A stretch of DNA of 64,000 bases. It comes from Candidatus Tayloriibacteriota bacterium. Its GTDB lineage: Bacteria; Patescibacteriota; Minisyncoccia; Phycocordibacterales; PALSA-1337. A model generated the notes under the pieces. The model worked only from the letters and a program-made list of their open reading frames with translations, ran no database searches and was not told the DNA's origin. How positions within the stretch are numbered: the stretch's first letter is position 1; the number at the start of each line of letters is the position of its first letter. Shown here piece by piece: positions 37,865 through 46,589 of this stretch. A program made the translations under genes and the position numbers. The stretch is from contig JAQBRD010000026.1 in NCBI GenBank assembly GCA_028286665.1, forward strand, positions 7,967-71,966. The letters run 5' to 3'.

Positions 37865-39670
37865 TGTCCGAGCGGTCTCAGGCTCTTCCGCGGAGTTGAT
37901 ATCGTCGAACGAGAAGGGCGCATGCCGATCGTATGCTGTCTGCTGCATGAGCTGCATCACCTTGCTCCAGATCTCTCCCGCTCCGCTCTGTCCCGACAGG
38001 GACTTGGTCGGCTTGTTGTCGGAATTTCCGACCCATACGCCGACGACGTAATCCGCCGTGTATCCGACTACCAAGCTATCTCGATAGTCATCCGAGGTTC
38101 CGGTCTTGAGCGCATAGTTCTGATAGGGCAGATTGAGGTCGCTCACATAGCCGAATTGATCGATGCCGATATATCGGTCAGACAGGATCTTGGTTATGAG
38201 CTCCGTATATTGCGGATCGATGACCTTCTTTTCTTCTCCCGGGAAGAAAAGCCTGTTGATATTCTGATCGGAAAAAAGCCGCACCGGCTCGAGCTTTCCC
38301 TTATTCGGGAAGATGCTGTAGAAGTGAACGAGCTGCGGCAGCGTCATGTCGATCGTGCCGAGCGCTGCGCCGAGCTGGTGATCGTGGACTTTCTTGATAT
38401 CGGCATAGCCGAGCTCGCCGAGAAAATTGCCGAACGCGTCGAGTCCGACGAACCTAAGCGTCTTGATCGCCGGAATGTTGATGCTGTTCGCCAGGGCATA
38501 TGCTGCAGTGATGCGCCCGTGATATTTCATATCATAATTCTTCGGATACAAGGTTCTGCCGTCGAAAGTCACATATCTGTATTCCGCATCATCGATGAGG
38601 GAATCAGGACGCGCGCCCATCTCGAAAGCTTTGGCGTAGACGAATGGCTTTATGGTCGAAGCGACCTGCCTCGGCTTGGTGAGCATGTTGATCTGCTGGC
38701 CGAAATCTTCCGCAGCAGGATCGGCGCTTCCGATCATGCTGAGTATCTCGTTGGAAGGCAGCTTCATGATGATGACTGCCATGTTGTGCGCATCGCGGCT
38801 CGCCAGAGACGGCTGCGCATCTTCGACGATGGCACGCACTTTATCCGCAAGCTCTTTGTCGATGGAAACCCGCACGGTCTTCATGGGCAAGTCCTTGGAC
38901 GCATATGATCGCAGTTCGAAACTGTCTTTCTGCGCCAGAAACTTTTTGAGATTCCTTGATGCGGTCTCCGGCGATACGAAGCCGTCTTTCGCTACTCGGA
39001 TATTCAAAGCTGAAGCCAGTCGCATCGCAGAGTCAATATTGTTTCCGAGAAGGGGATTGTTGTAGCTCGGACTGCCGAGCGAGGAGAGGAGCTGGAAAAT
39101 CTCCGCTTCAGACAGGCTGTCCGCCGACTTGGAGAAGTACGCTTGGCTGGCCGTCTCGACACCCTGGATATGGTTTCCGAAGTAGACGGTATTGCAGTAT
39201 TTGAGCAGCACGTCCTTCTTTCCCAGGAAAAGGTCGAGCGGCAGTACCGACAGCAGCTCGGTGGATTTGTTCATGATCGTCCGGTCATTTTCCTGTTCGA
39301 GCAGGAGCTTGGTGAGCTGCTGCTCGATCGTGCTCGCACCCCGATGGCTGCCGATTCCTGCTTTGGACAGCATGAGTTCGCCGATGCTCACCGGATTCAC
39401 TCCCGGATGCAGATAAAAGAATCGATCTTCCTTTCGGAGCAGCAGCTTTGAGAATATCTCCGGCGTGCTGGTGGCATAGAGCGCATAATTGCCTTTCGCA
39501 TTCGGCATGAGCATGAGCAAGCGGCCATTCCTGTCTATGAAGCTGACTGATTGGTTTTGATCATAGAGCTGCACGAGCTTCTGCCTGTCGTATGCGCCGT
39601 ATATGAGGAAAGCGCATATGATGACGATGCTTCCCAAACAGATGGTTGTGCGCGCGCGGCGGAGTTTCAT
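37844..39670 (-). CDS. pbpC: Penicillin-binding protein 1C-like bifunctional transglycosylase/transpeptidase
   Basis: KEDRFF.HPGVN, GASTIEQQL, STIK (SxxK), SIN (SxN), KTGT; adjacent to A2M; alternative start 39724. Confidence 0.85.
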   Translation of the reverse strand: MKLRRARTTICLGSIVIICAFLIYGAYDRQKLVQLYDQNQSVSFIDRNGRLLMLMPNAKGNYALYATSTPEIFSKLLLRKEDRFFYLHPGVNPVSIGELMLSKAGIGSHRGASTIEQQLTKLLLEQENDRTIMNKSTELLSVLPLDLFLGKKDVLLKYCNTVYFGNHIQGVETASQAYFSKSADSLSEAEIFQLLSSLGSPSYNNPLLGNNIDSAMRLASALNIRVAKDGFVSPETASRNLKKFLAQKDSFELRSYASKDLPMKTVRVSIDKELADKVRAIVEDAQPSLASRDAHNMAVIIMKLPSNEILSMIGSADPAAEDFGQQINMLTKPRQVASTIKPFVYAKAFEMGARPDSLIDDAEYRYVTFDGRTLYPKNYDMKYHGRITAAYALANSINIPAIKTLRFVGLDAFGNFLGELGYADIKKVHDHQLGAALGTIDMTLPQLVHFYSIFPNKGKLEPVRLFSDQNINRLFFPGEEKKVIDPQYTELITKILSDRYIGIDQFGYVSDLNLPYQNYALKTGTSDDYRDSLVVGYTADYVVGVWVGNSDNKPTKSLSGQSGAGEIWSKVMQLMQQTAYDRHAPFSFDDINSAEEPETARTLLLDSK

Positions 39671-39754
39671 ATTTGTCAGCGAATTTTTGGTTTTTTCAGT
39701 ATACCTCGAAATGAAAGCTTTCAAAAAGCCAATAAATAAGCTAGTATTTCATCC

Positions 39755-40864
39755 ATGTCACTATCCATCGGAATCGTCGGCCTCCCCAACGTCGGAAAAT
39801 CAACGCTCTTCGTCGCGCTCACGCGTAAGAGCGTCCTCATCGCGAACTATCCGTTCGCCACGATCGACCCGTCGGTCGGCGTCGTCGCCGTACCTGACGA
39901 GCGCCTCCTCAAGCTCGCAGAATTCTCCAAGACGCAGAAAACCGTCCCAGCCGTGATCGAATTCGTCGACATCGCAGGACTCGTGAAGGGCGCATCCGCA
40001 GGCGAAGGCCTCGGCAACCAGTTCCTCACCAACATCCGCGAGACCGATGCGATAGCCGAAGTTGTCCGAATCTTCGAGGATGACAACATCATCCACGTCG
40101 ACGGCAAGATCAACCCGATCAGCGACATCGAGGTCATCAATCTCGAGCTCATCCTCGCCGACCTTCAGACCGTCACCAAGCGCCTCTCGAACCTCGGCCG
40201 CGACGTGAAAGCGGGGAAGAAGGAATCCATCCTCGAAGCGAGCGTGTGCGAGAAGCTCAAGGTCCTCCTCGAAGCCGGCAAGCTCGCGATCGCCGTCATT
40301 CCTGATCTTACTGAATTCGAGAAGCCATTCCTGAAGACGCTCCACCTCCTCACCTCGAAGCCGATCATGTATATTTTGAATAAGAAAGCAGGCGGAAAGA
40401 ATCTCGACGAGATGAAGGATGATCCTCGCTGGATCGCGCTCATGAAATTCTTCACCGAGACGAAAGCCGGCTGGGTCATCGTCGACGCAGGCATCGAGCA
40501 CGAGCTGAAGGACTTCGAGGGAACAGAGAAGAATGAGATGCGCGACGGCCTCGGCGCGAATACCGATGACGGCATCAACGACCTCATCAAGAAAGGCTAT
40601 GAGATGCTCAATCTCATCACCTATTTCACGACAGGCGAAAAGGAAACCCGCGCTTGGACTATCGGCCGCGGCTGGACTGCACCGAAAGCCGGCACCGCTA
40701 TCCATGGAGACTTCGAAGAGAAATTCATCCGCGCAGAAGTGATCGAATGGGACAAGCTCATCGAGTCCGGCTCATTCGGCGTCGCTCGCGAGAAGGGCCT
40801 CCTGAGAACTGAAGGAAGGGAATATGTCGTGAAGGATGGAGATGTGATGGAATTTAAAATCTGA
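39755..40864 (+). CDS. ychF: Ribosome-binding ATPase YchF
   Basis: GIVGLPNVGKST, NYPFATIDP, DIAGLVKGAS.GEGLGNQFL, C-terminal TGS domain. Confidence 0.97.
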   Translation: MSLSIGIVGLPNVGKSTLFVALTRKSVLIANYPFATIDPSVGVVAVPDERLLKLAEFSKTQKTVPAVIEFVDIAGLVKGASAGEGLGNQFLTNIRETDAIAEVVRIFEDDNIIHVDGKINPISDIEVINLELILADLQTVTKRLSNLGRDVKAGKKESILEASVCEKLKVLLEAGKLAIAVIPDLTEFEKPFLKTLHLLTSKPIMYILNKKAGGKNLDEMKDDPRWIALMKFFTETKAGWVIVDAGIEHELKDFEGTEKNEMRDGLGANTDDGINDLIKKGYEMLNLITYFTTGEKETRAWTIGRGWTAPKAGTAIHGDFEEKFIRAEVIEWDKLIESGSFGVAREKGLLRTEGREYVVKDGDVMEFKI

Positions 40865-40925
40865 CATTGTCAGATTTTGATCCATCACTTCGAACGCAGT
40901 GAGAAGCCGATGGAATTCGACTATA

Positions 40926-40953
40926 AAAAACCTCAGCGCTCGCTGAGGTTTTT
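40926..40953. terminator. Bidirectional intrinsic terminator
   Basis: AAAAACCTCAGCG-CT-CGCTGAGGTTTTT between convergent genes. Confidence 0.8.
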
Positions 40954-41373
40954 CTATTTGACTTCGCACTTCTTCTGCCTCCGATAGAGATGCTTCGATT
41001 CCTTGGTGAGTGCGAGGACGCCGACGACGACGACATAGGTCGCGCGCACTTCGGCAGGGAGCTCGTAATTCTTCTGGATGAAGACGTTTGCAGCCAGGAT
41101 GCCGAAGACGAGGAGCGTCCAGCAGATCACATAGAGCTCTCCGGGATGCATCGTCTCATGACAGTCGTGCCAGCGCTTGAATTCCTTTTCCGCGCTATAG
41201 ATCGCGAGCGAAGCTCCGTAGAGGACGGAGACGATGAGGATGACGTTGTCATGGTCGAGCGCATTGTTCATGACATAATCCGCAATGACGACGATGAAGA
41301 AGATGATCGTCCAGAAATTCGTCAGGCGGCGCCAGAATGCCTCGGTGAATTTTCGCGGGTGGTTGGTTTTCAT
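40954..41373 (-). CDS. Four-TM hypothetical membrane protein
   Basis: Hydrophobic helices, 'Y...KEF.RW....HPGE'; upstream TGgTATAAT. Confidence 0.7.
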   Translation of the reverse strand: MKTNHPRKFTEAFWRRLTNFWTIIFFIVVIADYVMNNALDHDNVILIVSVLYGASLAIYSAEKEFKRWHDCHETMHPGELYVICWTLLVFGILAANVFIQKNYELPAEVRATYVVVVGVLALTKESKHLYRRQKKCEVK

Positions 41374-41442
41374 GATGTTCCTATACGCGAATATTATACC
41401 ATGTGTTCTAATACAGGCCTATTTTTCGTCATGAAATAGCCC

Positions 41443-41810
41443 TTGCGTCAATGTCGTATATGTGGTATTGTAGTACGCGGTACAGAGTTGTGCCGATCGT
41501 CAATCAAATCAAGTTTTCGTCAGAAAATCAGCAGAAAAGGACTATAAGTATGATATTATCCCGTTCCACCAGTTCCCGGATCAGCGAGGAGAGGCGCATC
41601 AGCAGGCCTTTCTTCTTTTCCAAAGCCCAGGTGCATCGCGGCGCAAGCTTGGGTCATCCGACGCTTCCAAGCGAACGGCTCCTCAGCAAGTGCTCGAAGC
41701 TCCTCAGCCTCTTCGGCCGGTAATCAGTCGGGAATAGTGCATATCCCGGATGATTTCATTCAACACCACACCCCAGACTTTAAGCCGCGCATGCACCGCG
41801 GCTTTTTGTT
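41443..41810 (+). other. Small transcription unit: ncRNA candidate or 57-aa ORF (41550-41723)
   Basis: TTGCGT-17 nt-TATTGT promoter; terminator AAGCCGCG...CGCGGCTTTTT at 41782-41810. Confidence 0.4.
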
Positions 41811-41832
41811 TTCGCATCATTTCACAATACTA

Positions 41833-41861
41833 TTGACATATTATACCACATGCAGTATTAT
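41833..41861 (+). promoter_or_regulatory. Sigma70 promoter
   Basis: TTGACA-17 nt-TATTAT. Confidence 0.7.
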
Positions 41862-41896
41862 GACTTTACAACACTCTTAGAAGTTGATATAAAAGT

Positions 41897-42949
41897 ATGA
41901 CTATGTCTAACACCCAACTCAAACCAAAGCAGACGACGAAGCGACTTCTTGCGGTACTCCCAGATCGAGCGCGAGACGTGCTCATCAATCGTTACGGCCT
42001 TGGGAAGAGTTCGGAAAAGATGACGCTCGACGCGATCGGCAAGCTCTATGGCATCACTCGAGAGCGCGTCCGACAGATCGAGAACTACGCGATCAACAAT
42101 ATCCGCAAGTCGGATGTCTATAAATCCGAGAAGGCCGCATTCCAGGAAATGGAAGACATGCTCCACTCGCTCGGAGGCATCGTCGTCGAGGAAGATTTCC
42201 TCGGACATGTCGCAAAGGACGTCTCTACTCAGAATCACATCCACTTCCTCCTTGTCGTCGGCGATTCTTTCAAGAAGCACAAGGAAGACGAAGAATTCAA
42301 GCACCGATGGCATGTGAACGAATCTCTCGCGAAGCAGGTCGAAGACTCGCTCCGGAAGCTCTACGGATCCCTTTCAGACCAGGACCTCCTTCCTGAATCA
42401 GAGATGGTCAACCGATTCCTCGAGCATCTCGAAGGCGTCGCTGAGAAATACAAGAATCAGGAGATCATGAAGCGATGGCTCGGCATCTCGAAGCATATCG
42501 GCAAGAACGCCATCGGCGAATGGGGAGTCGCTCATTCTCCGAACATCAAGACGAAGGGCATGCGGGATTATGCATTCCTCGTCATCCGAAAGCACGGATC
42601 CCCGATCCACTTCCGAGAAGTCGCCAAGCAGATCAGCGTCGTCTTCAAGAAGAAGGCGCATGTCGCCACGACGCATAACGAGCTCATCAAGGATCCTCGA
42701 TTCGTCCTCGTCGGCCGCGGACTCTACGCGCTCGCAGAATGGGGATACATGTCAGGCGTCGTGAAGGACGTCATCAAGAAGATCGTCGACAAGCACGGCC
42801 CGCTCACTAAGGAAGAGATCATCGAGAAAGTCCTCAAGGAGCGATACGTGAAGGAGAACACGATCATGGTCAACCTCCAGAATCAGAAGCATTTCAAGAA
42901 AGACAAGGAAGGCCGATATCATCTCTCAGACGAAAAGACGGCCGCATAG
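41897..42949 (+). CDS. Sigma70 region-4-like HTH fused to HARE-HTH/RNAP-delta-like winged helices
   Basis: 'RDVLINRYGL...TLDAIGKLYGITRERVRQIE'; C-terminal 'PIHFREV...HNELIKDPRFVLVGRGLYALAEW'; no sigma region 2. Confidence 0.8.
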   Translation: MTMSNTQLKPKQTTKRLLAVLPDRARDVLINRYGLGKSSEKMTLDAIGKLYGITRERVRQIENYAINNIRKSDVYKSEKAAFQEMEDMLHSLGGIVVEEDFLGHVAKDVSTQNHIHFLLVVGDSFKKHKEDEEFKHRWHVNESLAKQVEDSLRKLYGSLSDQDLLPESEMVNRFLEHLEGVAEKYKNQEIMKRWLGISKHIGKNAIGEWGVAHSPNIKTKGMRDYAFLVIRKHGSPIHFREVAKQISVVFKKKAHVATTHNELIKDPRFVLVGRGLYALAEWGYMSGVVKDVIKKIVDKHGPLTKEEIIEKVLKERYVKENTIMVNLQNQKHFKKDKEGRYHLSDEKTAA

Positions 42950-42990
42950 CTTTCATAGATAAAAAGAATAAAAAATAGTATACTCTTCAT

Positions 42991-44301
42991 ATGTTTGAAG
43001 AGTTTATTATTTGGTCCCCGATCTGGCTCACCGCGCTCGTAGGCTCCATCATCGGGCTGGTCTATTTCATCCCGACTGTCGCGCGCGAGTATGCCGGCTT
43101 ATTCGAGCAGTCCATCGCGATGCTCCTCATCACCATGCCGTATTGGCTGCCGGTTCTCGGCATCATCATCTTCTGGAATACATGGGTGGTCTTCGTCCGC
43201 GGACGCTACTTGGCAGGCATCAAATGGTCGCTGCTCGAATTGAAGCTTCCGCTCGAGATCACGAAAACCCCGCTCGCCATGGAGACGTTCCTCATGTCAT
43301 TGCATCAGGGAGGAAGCGAGGCGACGTTCATCGACCGCTGGTGGAAAGGCCAGACTCGCGGCATCTTCTCGCTCGAGATCATCTCCGTCGAAGGGCAGAT
43401 CAAGTTCCTCATCTATACGCAGACGAAGTTCCGCGGCATGATCGAAGCCGCCCTCTATGCGCAGTATCCCGACATCGAGATCCATGAAGCAGTCGATTAT
43501 ACGCACTCGGTCCATTTCGACCCGAAGGAAAGCGACATGTACGTCATCGACTACAAATTCACCGCGCCGGATCCGTATCCGATCAATACGTACGTTGAAT
43601 ACGGCATCGACGATACGAATGTCGATGAGGAGAACAAGATCGATCCGATCAACCACATGCTCGAATTCATGGGCTCGATCGGAACGAATCAGCAGTGCTG
43701 GTTCCAGCTCATCATGCGCCTGCACAAGGACGATCAGCATAAGCCGGGAACGCTCTTCGGCAAGTGGGACAAATTCAAGGATGACGCCAAGAAGGAGATC
43801 GAGAAGATCCGAGCGAGCGCCGTGCAGAAGACCGGCGACGACAAGATCAAGTTCCCGAATCCGACGAAGGGCGAGCAGGAGCGCATCGCCGCGATCGAAC
43901 GGAAGCTCTCGAAGCTTCCGTTCGACGTGGGACTGCGCGGCATCTATTTCGCGAAGAAGGAATTCTTCAATGGCGGAAATATCGGATCGCTCCGCACGAT
44001 GCTCCGCGCGTACAGCACCGGCCATCTGAACGGCTTCAAGCCGATGAACTGGCTCAACGACTTCGACTACCCATGGCAGGATTACAAGGATATGCGAAAG
44101 AATGCCCTCAAGCGCGAAGGCCTCGAGGCATACAAGCGTCGTTCTTATTTTTACCCTCCATTCGTCGGAAAATTGAATCTCGTCATGAACACCGAGGAGA
44201 TCGCTTCCATCTTCCATCTTCCTGGCCAGGTCGCGAAGACGCCGACATTGCCGCGACTTCCTTCGAAACGTTCGGAAGCTCCTGGAAATCTTCCAATATA
44301 A
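42991..44301 (+). CDS. Membrane-anchored conserved hypothetical protein
   Basis: Two N-terminal TM helices, 'SLEI...I.F....IEAALYAQYPDIEI.E..DY', 'NTEEIASIFHLP'. Confidence 0.7.
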   Translation: MFEEFIIWSPIWLTALVGSIIGLVYFIPTVAREYAGLFEQSIAMLLITMPYWLPVLGIIIFWNTWVVFVRGRYLAGIKWSLLELKLPLEITKTPLAMETFLMSLHQGGSEATFIDRWWKGQTRGIFSLEIISVEGQIKFLIYTQTKFRGMIEAALYAQYPDIEIHEAVDYTHSVHFDPKESDMYVIDYKFTAPDPYPINTYVEYGIDDTNVDEENKIDPINHMLEFMGSIGTNQQCWFQLIMRLHKDDQHKPGTLFGKWDKFKDDAKKEIEKIRASAVQKTGDDKIKFPNPTKGEQERIAAIERKLSKLPFDVGLRGIYFAKKEFFNGGNIGSLRTMLRAYSTGHLNGFKPMNWLNDFDYPWQDYKDMRKNALKREGLEAYKRRSYFYPPFVGKLNLVMNTEEIASIFHLPGQVAKTPTLPRLPSKRSEAPGNLPI

Positions 44302-44307
44302 TCCGTC

Positions 44308-45285
44308 ATGCGTTTTCGAACCTTTATTTGCATAGTGTTGGTGATCGTCGTGCTCGCATTCGCAGCAGTCGCTGCTTTCGCAGTGCTCTCATCTTCGCCG
44401 AGTGATTTTCCGATAGGCGCTACCGTCAATATTCCGAGGAATGCGACGATTTCCGAAATCGCAACTTCGCTCAAAGAACGCTCATTCATCCGATCGGAGG
44501 ATGCCTTCAAGGTTGCCGCGCTCATGCTCGGAGGCAGCAACGGGCTCCTGTCGGGCGACTATCTCTTCGATCGTCCGACGAATGTCTGGAAGCTCGTCGA
44601 ACGCATCACGAAAGGCGATCAGGGGATCGCTCGGGTGAAAGTGACATTTCCTGAAGGCATCACGGTGAAGGAGATGGGGAATATCGTCGCGTCGCAGGTG
44701 AGCGGGTTCGATGCTGCGGGATTCGTCGCGCGCGCATCGACATCGGAAGGATACCTCTTTCCTGATACGTATTATTTCTTCAGCAATGCCAAGCCGCTGG
44801 ACGTCGTTCGAGTCATCGCCGCCGAATTCGATCAGAAATATGCGACGTTGCTGAGCGATCCTGCCATCGTCGCCGGGACGATGTATGGCAAGACGAAACG
44901 CGAGATCGTCACCATGGCTTCGATCCTCGAAGACGAAGTGAAGAGCGCCCAGGACCGCTCGATCGTTTCAGGGATTCTCTGGAAGCGACTGGCAAAGGGC
45001 ATGCCGCTTCAGGTCGATGCTCCGTTTGGCTATATTCTCGGCAAATCCACCGAGGATCTGACGCTCGATGATCTCAAGACGAATTCTCCATACAATACCT
45101 ATTTGAATAAAGGCTTGCCGCCGACGCCGATCAACAACCCCGGCCTCGAAGCGCTCCGCGCGACGATGATGCCGACATCCACGCCGTACTGGTTCTATCT
45201 TTCTGATAAGAAGGGCGCGATCCATTATGCGAAGACATATGCGGAGCATCTCGCGAATAAAGAAAACTATCTCAACGGTAAATAG
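44308..45285 (+). CDS. mltG: Endolytic transglycosylase MltG
   Basis: TM anchor, VTFPEG, EGYLFPDTY, ASILEDE, SPYNTY..GLPPTPINNPG. Confidence 0.93.
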   Translation: MRFRTFICIVLVIVVLAFAAVAAFAVLSSSPSDFPIGATVNIPRNATISEIATSLKERSFIRSEDAFKVAALMLGGSNGLLSGDYLFDRPTNVWKLVERITKGDQGIARVKVTFPEGITVKEMGNIVASQVSGFDAAGFVARASTSEGYLFPDTYYFFSNAKPLDVVRVIAAEFDQKYATLLSDPAIVAGTMYGKTKREIVTMASILEDEVKSAQDRSIVSGILWKRLAKGMPLQVDAPFGYILGKSTEDLTLDDLKTNSPYNTYLNKGLPPTPINNPGLEALRATMMPTSTPYWFYLSDKKGAIHYAKTYAEHLANKENYLNGK

Positions 45286-45404
45286 GCGTAGCAATAATTT
45301 CATTTGGAATGCCGAGAACAGAAATTTCCCGGGTAGGAAATTTCTTCGTACTCAGCTCGTCAGCTTCGTAAGCTCGGCATTCCAAATGAAATTATTGCTA
45401 CGCC
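45285..45404. repeat. 32-bp perfect inverted repeat enclosing a 56-nt core with its own hairpin (MITE/REPIN-like)
   Basis: GGCGTAGCAATAATTTCATTTGGAATGCCGAG (45285-45316) and its reverse complement (45373-45404); inner AGAAATTTCC/GGAAATTTCT. Confidence 0.85.
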
Positions 45405-45432
45405 GCTTTATTTAGACTATAGTAGATTAATC

Positions 45433-46563
45433 ATGGCAAATCAGGCCGGGCAAAAAGAGAAAAAGCAGAAAGTCTTCGTCGGCATGTCCGGCGGGGTGGA
45501 CAGCTCCGTATCCGCGGCGCTGCTTGCCGAGGCTGGATATGACGTCACCGGCGTCTTCATCAAGGTCTGGCAGCCTGATTGGATCACCTGCACCTGGCGC
45601 GAGGATCGTCTCGATGCGATGCGCGTCGCTGCGAAGCTCGGCATCGATTTTCATACGCTCGATCTCGAAGAGACATATCGGCGCGAAGTCGTCGACTACA
45701 TGATCGACGAATACAAAGCAGGCCGCACGCCGAATCCCGACGTCATGTGCAACCGCCATGTGAAGTTCGGCGGATTCTTCGATTGGGCAATGGAGCAGGG
45801 CGCTGACTATGTCGCAACCGGGCATTATGCGCGGGTTCAAAAAGATGAAGCTGAAATCGCGTCCGCCGCCCCTCGCTTCAAACTCCTTGCCGGAGACGAT
45901 GCGAACAAAGACCAATCATATTTTCTCTGGACGCTCACCCAGCGGGAACTTTCGCATACGCTTTTCCCCGTCGGGAATATCGAGAAGCCGGAAGTGCGCA
46001 AGCTCGCGAAGAAATTCGGCCTGCCGAACGCCGAGAAGAAGGACAGCCAGGGCCTCTGCTTCATCGGCAAGATCGACGTGAAGGATTTCCTTTCGCGATA
46101 CATCGAGAAGAAGCCGGGCAACGTGATTGATGAGCAGGGGAATATCATCGGCACGCATGAGGGCGCTTGGATGTATACGAAAGGCGAGCGCCACGGCTTC
46201 ATCATAGATCCGCAGCATAAGACTCCTGACGACGCTCCGTATTATGTCGTCGCGAAAGGGATCGATACGAATACGATCACTGTCTCGAATAAGAAGATGG
46301 TCGAGGGAATCTTGCCGGCGCATATGCAAGCGGCAGTATCTATTGAGCGCGCAAGCTGGACTCTCGGCGAGGCGCCTGCGATCGGGAAGAAACTCACTGC
46401 GCGGCCGCGATATCGCGCGAAGCTTGTCGAGATGGAGTTCGAATCAATTTCGGCAGATACCGCAGTGATCCGCTTCGAACAGCCGCAGGAGAATCTTTCA
46501 TCCGGACAATCGCTCGTGATCTATGATGGGAATATCTGCCTCGGCGGCGGATTCATACAGTGA
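45433..46563 (+). CDS. mnmA: tRNA 2-thiouridylase MnmA
   Basis: MSGGVDSSV, GRTPNPDVMCN, ATGHY, KDQSYFL, KKDSQGLCFIG. Confidence 0.97.
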   Translation: MANQAGQKEKKQKVFVGMSGGVDSSVSAALLAEAGYDVTGVFIKVWQPDWITCTWREDRLDAMRVAAKLGIDFHTLDLEETYRREVVDYMIDEYKAGRTPNPDVMCNRHVKFGGFFDWAMEQGADYVATGHYARVQKDEAEIASAAPRFKLLAGDDANKDQSYFLWTLTQRELSHTLFPVGNIEKPEVRKLAKKFGLPNAEKKDSQGLCFIGKIDVKDFLSRYIEKKPGNVIDEQGNIIGTHEGAWMYTKGERHGFIIDPQHKTPDDAPYYVVAKGIDTNTITVSNKKMVEGILPAHMQAAVSIERASWTLGEAPAIGKKLTARPRYRAKLVEMEFESISADTAVIRFEQPQENLSSGQSLVIYDGNICLGGGFIQ

Positions 46564-46589
46564 TATACTAAGCGCATCATATTTTCGCC

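Noticed and set aside
41478-41810. tmRNA, RNase P or SRP RNA (CCACCA is present)
   Set aside because: No T-arm before CCA, no GGGG 5' end, no GAGGAAAGUCC, no SRP GGAA-loop motif
45285-45404. Integron attC site or CRISPR repeat
   Set aside because: No RYYYAAC/GTTRRRY ends, arms are perfect without extrahelical bases, no direct-repeat array, and no integrase or cas genes in the window
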